Origin: an uncultured delta proteobacterium
GTDB taxonomy: Bacteria; Desulfobacterota; RBG-13-43-22
Direction of reading: 5' to 3'
DNA: 64,000 nt
Assembly (NCBI GenBank): GCA_963790475.1
Contig: CAWBOS010000012.1
Coordinates: 96,001-160,000 of the forward strand
The translations under genes and the position numbers were made by a program. How positions within the stretch are numbered: position 1 is the stretch's first letter; every line of letters begins with the position of its first letter. Below are positions 10,117-19,584 of the stretch, one piece after another. Under the pieces are notes generated by a model. That model worked only from the letters and a program-made list of their open reading frames with translations, was not told where the DNA came from and did not search any database.

Positions 10117-10761
10117 TTAAAGTCCGAAATATTCCTCGTCATAATCGGTCAGAAGGGACGAGGAAAGGGGCACCAGCCTTTGCTCCAGGGGGGAGGTTTC
10201 AATATCGATTTCCTGCAACAGGTCCCTGGACAGCTCTAAAAGCCGGGCATTGATGATATCAAGATTGATGGTCGGATAAGCAATCCCTTCATGAAAACCG
10301 GATATGCCACAGCTATGACCCTTTCCCTGAATAGCCGCAGGAACCCCATAGACCCGGCAAGTGATGGGCCTGTTTTCATAAAGATCACAAAGACGGTTTT
10401 CATTTAAAAGAGGACACATAATGCGTTCCCGGGAAAGGAGAGAGAGAACTTCTTTTTCTTCCCGGTTTTCTTGAGTTACCATCTTATGAATTTTGCGCTT
10501 GATTCGATAGGCCTGCCGGTCTGCGGTATCGGCCCTTTCCAGGATTTCCTCCTGGTCTTTTTTCCCCAAGCCCTGGAAAAAATGGTGATTCAGATACACC
10601 GCTTCTATCAGGGTAAGATCAAAAACTGCAAAACAGCAATCACTGCATTGTCTATTGCACCGGACTTCGGCCGGGAAGGCCGTCTTGATCTTGCCAATGC
10701 CCTTTTCAACATCGGTGACCAAGGTCTCATATTTTTTAAAGGTCTGAGTGAACTTCAACAT
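10117..10761 (-). CDS. YkgJ-family cysteine-cluster (putative Fe-S/Zn) protein
   Basis: CNRQCSDCC…CPLL…CDLYENRPITCRVYG…C. Confidence 0.9.
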   Translation of the reverse strand: MLKFTQTFKKYETLVTDVEKGIGKIKTAFPAEVRCNRQCSDCCFAVFDLTLIEAVYLNHHFFQGLGKKDQEEILERADTADRQAYRIKRKIHKMVTQENREEKEVLSLLSRERIMCPLLNENRLCDLYENRPITCRVYGVPAAIQGKGHSCGISGFHEGIAYPTINLDIINARLLELSRDLLQEIDIETSPLEQRLVPLSSSLLTDYDEEYFGL

Positions 10762-10806
10762 CTCCTTAACCTTTTTCTTTTGGCTCCGAATATTGCCCGG
10801 AAAAAA

Positions 10807-12558
10807 TCAGTTATTTTTTTCTTTTTCTTTTTCCTTCAGCCGGGTCAATTTTTCCAGGTTTTCCCTGGCAAACTCAATCGTCGGGTCTATCTCCAGGGCC
10901 ATCTGAAAAAGATTAACGGCCTCGGAATAAAAACCCAACTCCCTTAGGTTGGACCCGATATTGGCGTAATCGATCCCCGAACCGGGGTCGATCTCAATAG
11001 CCCGTTCAAAGGCTTCTATAGCCTTATGGTGCTCCTTTAATTTAAAGTAACAAAAGCCCAGAGTATTGTAAATCTCTTTTTGGTCGGCATTATAGGTTCT
11101 GGCCTTATCCAGTAGCTCTATGGCCTGCTCATACCGTCCCAAATCTTTCAGACAGACCCCGATATGGCAGTAAATACTGCTCAGGTCGATATCCCGCGGA
11201 TTCCTTTGCAGGGCCTGATTAAGATATTTCATAGCCTCTTCCGGCTGTTCATTTCTTTCCAGAGCGAATCCAAGAAAAAAATGGACTTCATATCGATCGG
11301 GAAAAATCCGGATGATCTTTTGAAGTATTTCAACCGCCTCTCCGGGGTCATCCATCATGGACACCAGTTTGACCAGATGAAAAAGAAACCCCGTATCACG
11401 GGTCCTGTCCCGGAAATGGGCCCCGGGGATGATGGTATAAACGGCCGGGATTCCGAGCTTGGGATGGGTTACATTGACCACATAAGCTTCCAAGCCGACC
11501 CGGGCCAGGGCCTGAACGCAGGATTCAATTTCCTGCCGGATATTTTCATTTGAAAGATTGGGCAGGTCGGTGATCGGGATGGTCTTGGGGTTGGCCATGA
11601 CATATTGGGCCTCTTCCAACTGCTGATATTTGGGGAGAGTCGGCCGGTATCGAGTTTTACTGTTAAAGTCTCCTGACAGTTGGGCGATTTCGGTCACCGC
11701 CCGGATCAATGACTTTTCCGGATTGGGAGTGGTCCCGGCAGTGAAAACAATTTCACTTTTTTCCGGGTAGGTGGAAGGATCATAGGCAATCGAGCCCACC
11801 GTAGGGATCCCGGTATCTAAGGAAAAATCTTTAAGGAATAATTTAATCCCCAGACGATCAAATTTTTCAATCAGGTCCCTGGCCGCCGGATCGGACACCG
11901 AGGCCGGATCAATGGTCGGAGTCAGCAGCGAATCATGACTGATAACCGAAGACACATGGCGTTCGATCACCTCGCACAACCCCTGTAAAATGGCCTCTTC
12001 CAGGGTATTGCCGGCCGAAGGCCCATTATATTCGTGGATCAAGTAAAACCAGTCAATAGGAACCCACTGATCTTTTTTTTGGGTCAGGTTATGGGCCTGA
12101 ACCCAGGACAGGGGAATTTCTTCAAACACGGCCCTGATTTTATCCGGGTCTGTGGATTGATCGTAAAAACATAAGCCCAGGGCTTCAAAAGGCAGGGCCT
12201 GGTCTTTAATATTTCGGTAGGTATCTGTTATAAAAGGACGGGTTTTTATAAAATCAAAGAAACTGAACCGTTCGGCCAATTCCATCAGGGCGCTGGCTTC
12301 GGACTGTTCCGGGGTCCCCCCTTTACCCATCTGTTTCTGGGTCCCGATGATCCGGACCGCATCCCGGCCGCAAAGGCTGATGAAGATGGGGATGCCCAGT
12401 CTCCCGCTGTCAATACGGACGGTTTCTTTCAAAATATCCAGATCCACTTCCTTTAACAAGGCCCGGACCCGGCTGATGGTCTCTTGGGGTGTGCGGGATT
12501 TATCTTGATCGTAGGTGTAGGTTTTGAAACAATCTTTTAACACAATTCCGGACGACAT
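10807..12558 (-). CDS. YcaO-family ATP-dependent amide-activating enzyme with C-terminal TPRs
   Basis: MGKGGTPEQSEASALMELAERFS and NGPSAGNTLEEAILQGLCEVIERH ATP/Mg motifs, PAVYTIIPG, then 4-5 TPRs. Confidence 0.92.
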   Translation of the reverse strand: MSSGIVLKDCFKTYTYDQDKSRTPQETISRVRALLKEVDLDILKETVRIDSGRLGIPIFISLCGRDAVRIIGTQKQMGKGGTPEQSEASALMELAERFSFFDFIKTRPFITDTYRNIKDQALPFEALGLCFYDQSTDPDKIRAVFEEIPLSWVQAHNLTQKKDQWVPIDWFYLIHEYNGPSAGNTLEEAILQGLCEVIERHVSSVISHDSLLTPTIDPASVSDPAARDLIEKFDRLGIKLFLKDFSLDTGIPTVGSIAYDPSTYPEKSEIVFTAGTTPNPEKSLIRAVTEIAQLSGDFNSKTRYRPTLPKYQQLEEAQYVMANPKTIPITDLPNLSNENIRQEIESCVQALARVGLEAYVVNVTHPKLGIPAVYTIIPGAHFRDRTRDTGFLFHLVKLVSMMDDPGEAVEILQKIIRIFPDRYEVHFFLGFALERNEQPEEAMKYLNQALQRNPRDIDLSSIYCHIGVCLKDLGRYEQAIELLDKARTYNADQKEIYNTLGFCYFKLKEHHKAIEAFERAIEIDPGSGIDYANIGSNLRELGFYSEAVNLFQMALEIDPTIEFARENLEKLTRLKEKEKEKNN

Positions 12559-12791
12559 AGGGCGGCCTCCTAAAAACCCCTTGAAAACCTTTCAAAGGGT
12601 ATCTATAGTTTATTTGAAATACCGGGGGGGACTTCCTGCAAAATCCCATTCTTCTTAAGTTAGGCCAGGCAAGAGGGCTGACAAGAAGTTGAAACAGTAG
12701 AAATCAGCCCCGCCCGGGCGGGGCTGAGCTATTAAATAAGAATTTATAAATACCTGGGCTATTGCCAGAAGCTCCGGGGAGAAGAAAACTT

Positions 12792-13247
12792 ATGACCGAT
12801 TCCAATTTTGTAGTCATCACCGAGATAATACTCCAAGCCGAAAAAGATTCGGATAGGGTGGTTATCCTGAAGGAAAACAAAGACTCTGACACTTCACTAA
12901 CCATGATTTTAGGTGAATCCGAGTTCTTGGCCATTGCCAAAGAAAAAAAAATGATTCAAATCCCTCGTCCCTTGACTCACGAATTATACCTGAGCATCCT
13001 GGCCGAGACCAGGGTCGAGCTCCTACAAGTAGAAATCCATGATCTGAGGGATAAGGCTTATTGGGCCAGGGTAGTTTATCAAAAAGAAGGGATTAAGAAC
13101 ACCGCCGACGCCCGTCCCAGCGATGCCCTGGCCCTGGCCTTAAATCGTAACCTCCCGATTCTGGTCGATAAAAAATTACTCCGAAAGAAAATAACGCCCG
13201 AACAAGTTGAAATTTATAAAGACTTAATAAAGTCGGTCAAGTTTTAA
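12792..13247 (+). CDS. Bifunctional nuclease family protein (DUF151)
   Basis: PRPLTHEL and DARPSDALALAL motifs. Confidence 0.88.
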   Translation: MTDSNFVVITEIILQAEKDSDRVVILKENKDSDTSLTMILGESEFLAIAKEKKMIQIPRPLTHELYLSILAETRVELLQVEIHDLRDKAYWARVVYQKEGIKNTADARPSDALALALNRNLPILVDKKLLRKKITPEQVEIYKDLIKSVKF

Positions 13248-13343
13248 AGGTGATCGGTACGGGTTTCTGGTGAGCACCGGCATCAATCCGTTTTTATTGG
13301 TTACCCTCATCCTCCCCTTCTTCCCGGCCTCTGGTCTGGTGCC

Positions 13344-14456
13344 TTATCTCTGATTCCTCCCACCTTGTCCCCCGGTTTCCATCCATTCCATGATTCGTTC
13401 GGCCGCAACCCGTGCACCATCGGTTCTTAGTTTGGGCTCAAGCCGGGGTTGTTTGCTGATGTTTTCCAGATAAGGTCCCCAGTGACCTGAATATAAGTCT
13501 TCCTTCGGCATATAACAACAAGCCAACTGACTTTTAATTCCTTCAACCAGAACCTGATATTCTGGGAATTCTCCCCGGTCGGAATAAATTATCGGGGTAC
13601 CATAAGAAAGACAATCGGCCACCATTCCATACCCGGGTTTGGTGATAACAAAATCGGCGGCACAAACCAGATCGGCAAAGGAAACCTCTTTTTCCTCGAC
13701 CCTCCTGAAAACAGGGGATTTCCAGTTCAAGGGGGATTTGATTAAAAACAGGTAGTCCAAAGACAACCGGCTAATCTTTTTGATTGCCGGTTCCTGCAAA
13801 TCCAAACGGCTGAAACCGATCAATCCGATTTTACGGTCTTGCGGAAGCTCAAGGCTTTGTCGAATTTCGGCTCTTTCCTTCCCGGATTTCCTGGCCACTA
13901 AGGGAATATCTTCGATCCTGCTAAAGGGGGATATCTCTGCGTGAAACGGGAGGCGTAATAAGAGGCCCCCTTCCCGGTAATAGCCAGAGATGGCCTCGGC
14001 CAGGGGAAGCCATGCCGGGTCCCCTCTCCCGTAAAAGGAATAGATCCAGTCCCAGGAAAAATTGCTGATGCCGATTGACGGCAGCCCTGAACGCGCGGCG
14101 GCGGCCAGGGGGATAAAGGGGATGTCGCAAACAATCCCGGAACAACCCTGATCTAATAGATATTTTTGCTCCTTCCGGATCAGTTCCTCCGCCGAGCTTA
14201 GTATTTTTTTTACACCCTCTTTTGTTTTTTCAAGATCGAAACGGATATTATCTATTTGATGGAGTCCCACGTCAAAACCTTCGGCAATGATCTGGACCGG
14301 ACGGGATAATCCCTCCTTAAATAAAAAAACGGGGGTGGTCGTTTTAATAATAACGGCACAACTTAACTCCAGCAATTCCTGGATGATTTGAATGGAACGG
14401 ACCGCATGACCATAACCGTGTCCGGAGATATAATAAACGATTTTAGGAGATGGCAT
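13344..14456 (-). CDS. GT-B glycosyltransferase-like protein (L-arabinokinase N-domain type)
   Basis: YYISGHGYGHAVR, ISNFSWDWIY, ITKPGYG, RGEFPEY. Confidence 0.8.
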   Translation of the reverse strand: MPSPKIVYYISGHGYGHAVRSIQIIQELLELSCAVIIKTTTPVFLFKEGLSRPVQIIAEGFDVGLHQIDNIRFDLEKTKEGVKKILSSAEELIRKEQKYLLDQGCSGIVCDIPFIPLAAAARSGLPSIGISNFSWDWIYSFYGRGDPAWLPLAEAISGYYREGGLLLRLPFHAEISPFSRIEDIPLVARKSGKERAEIRQSLELPQDRKIGLIGFSRLDLQEPAIKKISRLSLDYLFLIKSPLNWKSPVFRRVEEKEVSFADLVCAADFVITKPGYGMVADCLSYGTPIIYSDRGEFPEYQVLVEGIKSQLACCYMPKEDLYSGHWGPYLENISKQPRLEPKLRTDGARVAAERIMEWMETGGQGGRNQR

Positions 14457-14588
14457 GTTTAATCCCTCTCAAACCATAAGGGTCTTCGTTTTATGTATCC
14501 ACTTATTCAATAATTTCAAAATTGCATAACTCATTTTAACTATGATATATTGATTACCGGCGTTCTGAATATCGACTCTGGAGTCACC

Positions 14589-15420
14589 ATGAAGCATTAC
14601 TTACTGATCCTGACTTTGGCGGGTCTGATCATCGGGGGTCTCTTTTTCCTTGGGGATTCCAATAGACTCTGGGCCCAGGGATCCACTCGGTTCGCCCTAC
14701 AGGTGTCAGCCTATTCTACATTAGCCGCAGCCCAAAAAGAAATTGAACGTCTGAAATCTTTTAAAATGGCCACCCAGTATATGACCAGGGAGGATATTAA
14801 CCAGAAAGAATGGTTTATCGTCTATATCGGATCATTATGAGACCAAAGAGGAGGCCGCCCGACAGGGGAATCGATTAATTAAGGAAGGCATCATCCAGAA
14901 TTTCTTTATTTTCCCCATAGAAGTGAAGGAGGAATCGCTGCTTAAACCCAAAGAATTACCGGCTCCCAAACCCAAGGAGTTGCCTTCGCCTCCCCCAAAA
15001 ATCATCTCTAAAAAAGAACCCAAACAAACATTGGGAAAGAATCCGATTTATTTTGGCCCGGTCATTATTAAAGAGGAAGAATCCACGATTCTAATGACCA
15101 TCTCTCTAAGCCAAAGAATTTTTCCCAAGATTATAACCCAAAAACATGAAAATAATTCCCACCTTTTGGTTGCTTTCAAAGACATTGATAAAAGTGTGGT
15201 ACCTATTGATTTCCGGAAAGATAAAGCCCGGGCATTGTTGTCGGTAAGCTTAATGCAGAATGGTACCGATTGTACTTTTGACTTAGCTTTGAACCCGTCC
15301 TTTAATTACGAAGTGTCCCAGAATTATTTTGAAAAAGAAAAAATCTATTCATTACGAATTCGATGGGAATCAACAAAGATGGACTCTCAAAAAGTCCATC
15401 AACCGGCCGGGTACGATTAA
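14589..15420 (+). pseudogene. Exported SPOR-domain protein, frameshifted at ~14835
   Basis: Signal peptide plus SPOR (FALQVSAY…WFIVYIGS). It continues in the +1 frame as YETKEEAARQGNRLIKEG into ORF 14923-15420. Confidence 0.75.
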
Positions 15421-15426
15421 GTCCCG

Positions 15427-15546
15427 GTCCCGCCTCTGGCGGGATGGAACCACTTGAATTCACTTCAAGTGTCGGGAGAGTCCCGCCGGGGCGGGATTTC
15501 CCGCCTCGAGAAAAGTCGGTTTTTTGACTTTTTAAGAGGTTCTCAA
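15427..15546. repeat. REP/MITE-like palindromic element
   Basis: Two TCCCGCC-GGCGGGA hairpins around a CACTTGAA-TTCAAGTG hairpin, ending GACTTTTTAAGAG. A similar hairpin occurs at ~61754. Confidence 0.6.
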
Positions 15547-15564
15547 TAAAGGGTCCCGATCCGG

Positions 15565-15960
15565 TTAGTGAGAAATAATCTTTATCAATATCTTCCGGGT
15601 TCTCGGACCGTCAAATTCACAAAAAAACAAGGATTGCCATTGGCCTAAAACCGGCCGGCCCTTTTCAATAATCATCGAAACCGACGATCCGATCAGGCTG
15701 GCCTTTATGTGCGCCGGCGAATTCCCTTCCCCATGACGGTAAGGGCCTTTGAAGGGGACCACATGGTTCAGGATTTTCAGGATGTCATCCTGAACACTGG
15801 GGTCGGCCCCTTCATTTATTGTGATCCCGGCTGTGGTATGAGGGCAATAGACCAGGGCCAGGCCATCGGCGATCTGGGCCTTTAAAATCACTTCTTCAAC
15901 TTTGCTGGTAATATCCAGAAATTCCGTTTGCCGTGAGGTGGAAATCGATAAGGAGATCAT
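15565..15960 (-). CDS. yjbQ: YjbQ / UPF0047 family protein
   Basis: PHTTAGITINEGADP, HGEGNSPAHIKASLIG, CEFDGPR. Confidence 0.93.
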   Translation of the reverse strand: MISLSISTSRQTEFLDITSKVEEVILKAQIADGLALVYCPHTTAGITINEGADPSVQDDILKILNHVVPFKGPYRHGEGNSPAHIKASLIGSSVSMIIEKGRPVLGQWQSLFFCEFDGPRTRKILIKIISH

Positions 15961-17207
15961 CGGGAATCCTCTCTTCTCACCCAGGCCGGAAGGATGATCC
16001 CTCCCTCCGTGGTTTGTTCTGCTGGTTGGTTTGCAGGGACAGCGCCGGCATCTTCCCTCAAGAGGGCAGTTTCCATCAACCAAACCAGTAAAGGACTGTC
16101 TTTTGCGTTTGGAGATCCTGGTTCCTGATTCATGGTGCCCGCCCAATAAACGAGGTCGGTGGCCTCTTCCCGTTTTCCTTTGAGATAATACAAGTAGGCA
16201 GCCTCTTCCAGATAACGCCGGGGGATGATCCTCTTCTCTAGAGGAAACGATTCCCGGACCGCCTGGTCAACAATAACCTTAACCCTTTCTCTCTTTTGCA
16301 TCTCATTTAATATCAGCAAACCGGTTTTAACCTCTTCAATGGTCCTTAGATAGGGCTCCAGGATCTTGGGTTCCGGGAGCAAATAAAAAATCTCCGGCGT
16401 CCTGGCTAACATTTGGAGGTCCGGAGAAATGGATTTCTTCAAGAGTTCGGGAGTCAACAGGGAATGGATAATCGGGGATTGGCCGATCATTTTTTTCCCC
16501 TCCAGAAGTTTGATGATTCCCTGGTAGGCCCGTTCATCCTCTTTGGATAACTGGGAATGCCGGTCATGGGACTCTTTCAGTAAAAAGGCCGCATGAGTTG
16601 AATCAGCCTCCAAAAAAACAAGGCCCGATCGGCGTTCCAGATCGGCGATAATGTCCTTGACCTCCCTTTTACTGATCTCTAAAGACTGCAGGCTTTCCAA
16701 CCCTTCACGGCCTATCAAGGCAAAAACAAATAATCGCTCTTTGGCCGGCTTCGGGACTAATAAACCAACCATCTGATTTCTTAACCCATCAAATTCCGAA
16801 AGATAGCCGGTTCCCTGAACGGGTTCAATTTCCCTTAGAATCCCCTCTTCATGTTTTTTTTGCTGAGCCATGGTCGAGGGAGGTTCAATTCCTTTTTGCT
16901 TAAGGAGGTAAAGGGCCCTTTTGATCCCTTTCTGAACCGGCTTGGAATGGATCCGGCGGTTCAGATCTGGCAAGAACCAGGGGAAAAAATCCCCTCCTCG
17001 GGCCATTACATTTTTTAAAAATATTTCGGCCAGGGCCGGATTTTCATCCAGTTCCCGGGCTAACCTATTAATGGTTTCAATGGCTTCGGGATCAGATTCC
17101 TTAGCGGTCAGGAGCCGATTGAGATAAGTTTCCGTTTTTTCCAGCATCTGCGGAGAAACAGAAGAAGGGCCTTTATGAAACCCAAGGGATTTTGAATTTC
17201 CGGACAT
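15957..17207 (-). CDS. Hypothetical helical protein
   Basis: Long ORF with ATGA overlap into yjbQ; no recognised motif. Confidence 0.75.
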   Translation of the reverse strand: MSGNSKSLGFHKGPSSVSPQMLEKTETYLNRLLTAKESDPEAIETINRLARELDENPALAEIFLKNVMARGGDFFPWFLPDLNRRIHSKPVQKGIKRALYLLKQKGIEPPSTMAQQKKHEEGILREIEPVQGTGYLSEFDGLRNQMVGLLVPKPAKERLFVFALIGREGLESLQSLEISKREVKDIIADLERRSGLVFLEADSTHAAFLLKESHDRHSQLSKEDERAYQGIIKLLEGKKMIGQSPIIHSLLTPELLKKSISPDLQMLARTPEIFYLLPEPKILEPYLRTIEEVKTGLLILNEMQKRERVKVIVDQAVRESFPLEKRIIPRRYLEEAAYLYYLKGKREEATDLVYWAGTMNQEPGSPNAKDSPLLVWLMETALLREDAGAVPANQPAEQTTEGGIILPAWVRREDSR

Positions 17208-17402
17208 CAATCCTGTTCCTTCAAAAGAATTAAAAAGTTGCAACACAGTGGAGAAATGGTATAGAATTCAATTTATTATTTTGTCATGCTTACTCTTTAC
17301 TTGTCTATCAAAAAATGGTTTTATCAAAAGATGAGGCCATATCTTGTTTGGTGAAAGGGAAAGACCGTCAGGGCATGAACGTCATTTTTACAGGAGGGAA
17401 AT

Positions 17403-18062
17403 ATGGAACTGAAACAAGTTATTAAAGAAAGAAGGAGCGTCCGGGGATTTTTACCGAAACCTGTGTCTAAAAAAATCATAAATTCCATTCTTTCCCTGGC
17501 CGGCCACGCCCCTTCCTGGGGTAACACTCAACCCTGGGAACTTCTGGTTGTTTCGGGAGATACGGTTAAAAAACTGGGGGAGGGTTTCTGCCAAAAAGCC
17601 CGGGAACGGGCTGTTCAAACGCCTGAATTTGAAATGCCTAAATCCTTTCCTGAACCCTATTTGTCCCGTTATCGGCAGGTGGGTAAGGACCTGTTTTCGA
17701 TTTTGGACATTCAGCGGGATGACTCCGTGAAACGTGTCGAACATTCTTTAAATAATTTCAGAGGATTCGGTGCCCCGGTTTTTCTTTATTTTTTATTGGA
17801 TGAGGGCTTGAGTCCTTATGCCCTCCTGGATATCGGCCTGCTCATCCAAACCATTTGCCTGACGGCCGCAGACCAAGGTCTGGGCACCTGCATCCTGGCC
17901 GCCCTGGCCCGCTATCCGGAGGTCATCCGGACTTATCTCCCTATTCCCAAAGAGAAAAAAATCCTTATCGGGCTTGCCTTGGGATATCCGGACTGGAAAG
18001 CACCGGCCAATCGGTATCGCAGTAAGCGTGATCCCTTGGCCAATTGGGTTACCTGGATTTAG
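17403..18062 (+). CDS. Nitroreductase family protein
   Basis: RRSVRGF, APSWGNTQPW, GLGTC, ALGYPD. Confidence 0.93.
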   Translation: MELKQVIKERRSVRGFLPKPVSKKIINSILSLAGHAPSWGNTQPWELLVVSGDTVKKLGEGFCQKARERAVQTPEFEMPKSFPEPYLSRYRQVGKDLFSILDIQRDDSVKRVEHSLNNFRGFGAPVFLYFLLDEGLSPYALLDIGLLIQTICLTAADQGLGTCILAALARYPEVIRTYLPIPKEKKILIGLALGYPDWKAPANRYRSKRDPLANWVTWI

Positions 18063-18074
18063 ACAGTCAACCCT

Positions 18075-18147
18075 AAAAACAAAAGCCAACCTTCGTCAGG
18101 TTGGCTTTTGTTCAAGGAAAGGAGATAAAGAGATTTATTTTCTTGAC
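18075..18147 (-). ncRNA. Candidate sigma54-dependent small RNA (~70 nt)
   Basis: Bounded by a -24/-12 promoter and the terminator, has no start codon, and carries a CU-rich segment AUCUCUUUAUCUCCUUUCCUU. Confidence 0.55.
18078..18112. terminator. Bidirectional Rho-independent terminator
   Basis: AACAAAAGCCAACCT-tcgtc-AGGTTGGCTTTTGTT, a 15-bp perfect stem with U-tracts on both strands. Confidence 0.85.
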
Positions 18148-18156
18148 AATAGATAC

Positions 18157-18173
18157 TGCAAATCAGATGCCAA
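18157..18173 (-). promoter_or_regulatory. Sigma54 (-24/-12) promoter
   Basis: TTGGCATCTGATTTGCA with exact GG-N10-GC spacing. Confidence 0.75.
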
Positions 18174-18200
18174 CAGAACAACAAAGAGATAATTATTATA

Positions 18201-18213
18201 TAATAATTTGATT
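18201..18213 (-). promoter_or_regulatory. IHF-binding site
   Basis: AATCAAATTATTA matches WATCAANNNNTTR, in an AT-rich tract between promoter and enhancers. Confidence 0.55.
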
Positions 18214-18270
18214 TAATTAAATAAATTTATTATATCCCTCTTCTCTTAAATGGCCGATCCAATGCCTTTC

Positions 18271-18364
18271 AGTAAAAATTTTTTTACTGAAAATGGGTAG
18301 TCGCTGGCGCCAAAATTTTAACATATTGAATTTATTAGACATAATAAGTAAAAATATTTTTACT
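18271..18364. promoter_or_regulatory. Two palindromic enhancer-like sites for a sigma54 activator
   Basis: AGTAAAAA-N2-TTTTTACT at 18271-18288 and 18347-18364. Confidence 0.6.
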
Positions 18365-18369
18365 ATCTT

Positions 18370-19584
18370 CTAATTTCCCCCTAAATACCCTTTGACTAAG
18401 GCATAAACCGTATCCACCGGGATGTTTTGAAGACACTTATTGTCCCGGCAGGGGGTGTTGCGATGGTTATAAGCCGTCAGGCAGGGGGAGCAGGGAAAAT
18501 CCGCATACAGGATCTGGGTATTTTTCCCCAAGGGCGCGTAGAGCCGGGGGGTCTCCGGTCCGAAAAAAACAAAATTTTTGATGCCCGTCAGGGAGGCAAA
18601 ATGGGCCGGGCCGCTGTCATTGGTGATCAGGAGATCGGAGATACTGAATAGGTCCATCAATTCATTAAAGGTGGTTTGGCCGGTAAACTGGATACAGCGG
18701 GCGTGGTTCAAGGCTTGATGCACCTGCTGGGTGGTTTCCTGATCGGCCCCGGCCCCTGTTAAAAGAATCACGATTCGGGGATCGGACAAGATACGTTTCG
18801 TTAGGTCAATGTACTTTTTAACCGGCCAGGCCCGGATGGGAATTTCTCCGGCACTGGGATTGAGAAGGACTAATTTATGTGCCGGGCTGATTTCCGGATA
18901 AAACCTCCGTATTTTTTCCCGGAGAGAGGCCGCATCCGATTCTGAAGCCTGATATGAGGCGGTCTCAATATCCTGATCTGGAATGGCCGCCTCCATAGCC
19001 GGCCAATCTTTTTCCGGGTAGCCTATTACCCGGACAAAAGACAAAAAAGTTTTGCTGATGTGCTGCTGGGGGTTATACTGGATCCAATGGGTATGAAGAC
19101 GGCCCCGATAGAGGCCCTCCATCCGGAATCTATGGAATCCAACCCGAATCGGGGCCGCGCTCAAATAACTGAAGATGGCTGTTATCCTGGCAAACAGCTC
19201 CAGATCAAAAACACAATCGATCTCTTCCTTGCGCATCCTGAAAATCACTTTCAGGCAATCAAGCAGAAAATAAAAAGGCGTTTTTTCCCGGATGACCAGG
19301 ACATTTTTTTCCGGGATCATTTTCAGGATGTCCACGCTGGCCCGGTTTTTTTCGAAGATCAAAAAAAAGAGTTCGGCCGAAGGATATTCCTTTTTAAGGG
19401 CTTTCATGGTCGGATAGGCCAGGATGGCGCTGCCCATCTCCGAAAGCTCGATGAAAAGGAATTTTTGTGGTGGTTGAGGAGGTCTTCTGCTTAGAGGCTT
19501 TATGAAACGATTCACAAGTGTCAAAAGCCAGCAGGCGGGAATACCGGTCCAAAAATCAATTTTTCTTACCAGATCGATGTTCAT
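18370..19584 (-). CDS. Glycosyltransferase family 9 (heptosyltransferase-like)
   Basis: LSEMGSAIL, LITNDSGPAHFA, FFGPETP, CSPC…C…C; ATGA-coupled to the upstream gene. Confidence 0.9.
   Translation of the reverse strand: MNIDLVRKIDFWTGIPACWLLTLVNRFIKPLSRRPPQPPQKFLFIELSEMGSAILAYPTMKALKKEYPSAELFFLIFEKNRASVDILKMIPEKNVLVIREKTPFYFLLDCLKVIFRMRKEEIDCVFDLELFARITAIFSYLSAAPIRVGFHRFRMEGLYRGRLHTHWIQYNPQQHISKTFLSFVRVIGYPEKDWPAMEAAIPDQDIETASYQASESDAASLREKIRRFYPEISPAHKLVLLNPSAGEIPIRAWPVKKYIDLTKRILSDPRIVILLTGAGADQETTQQVHQALNHARCIQFTGQTTFNELMDLFSISDLLITNDSGPAHFASLTGIKNFVFFGPETPRLYAPLGKNTQILYADFPCSPCLTAYNHRNTPCRDNKCLQNIPVDTVYALVKGYLGGN

Noticed and set aside
7770-12558. Classical azole/thiopeptide RiPP cluster
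   Set aside because: No E1/ocin-ThiF partner, adjacent dehydrogenase, Ser/Thr/Cys-rich precursor, protease or exporter.
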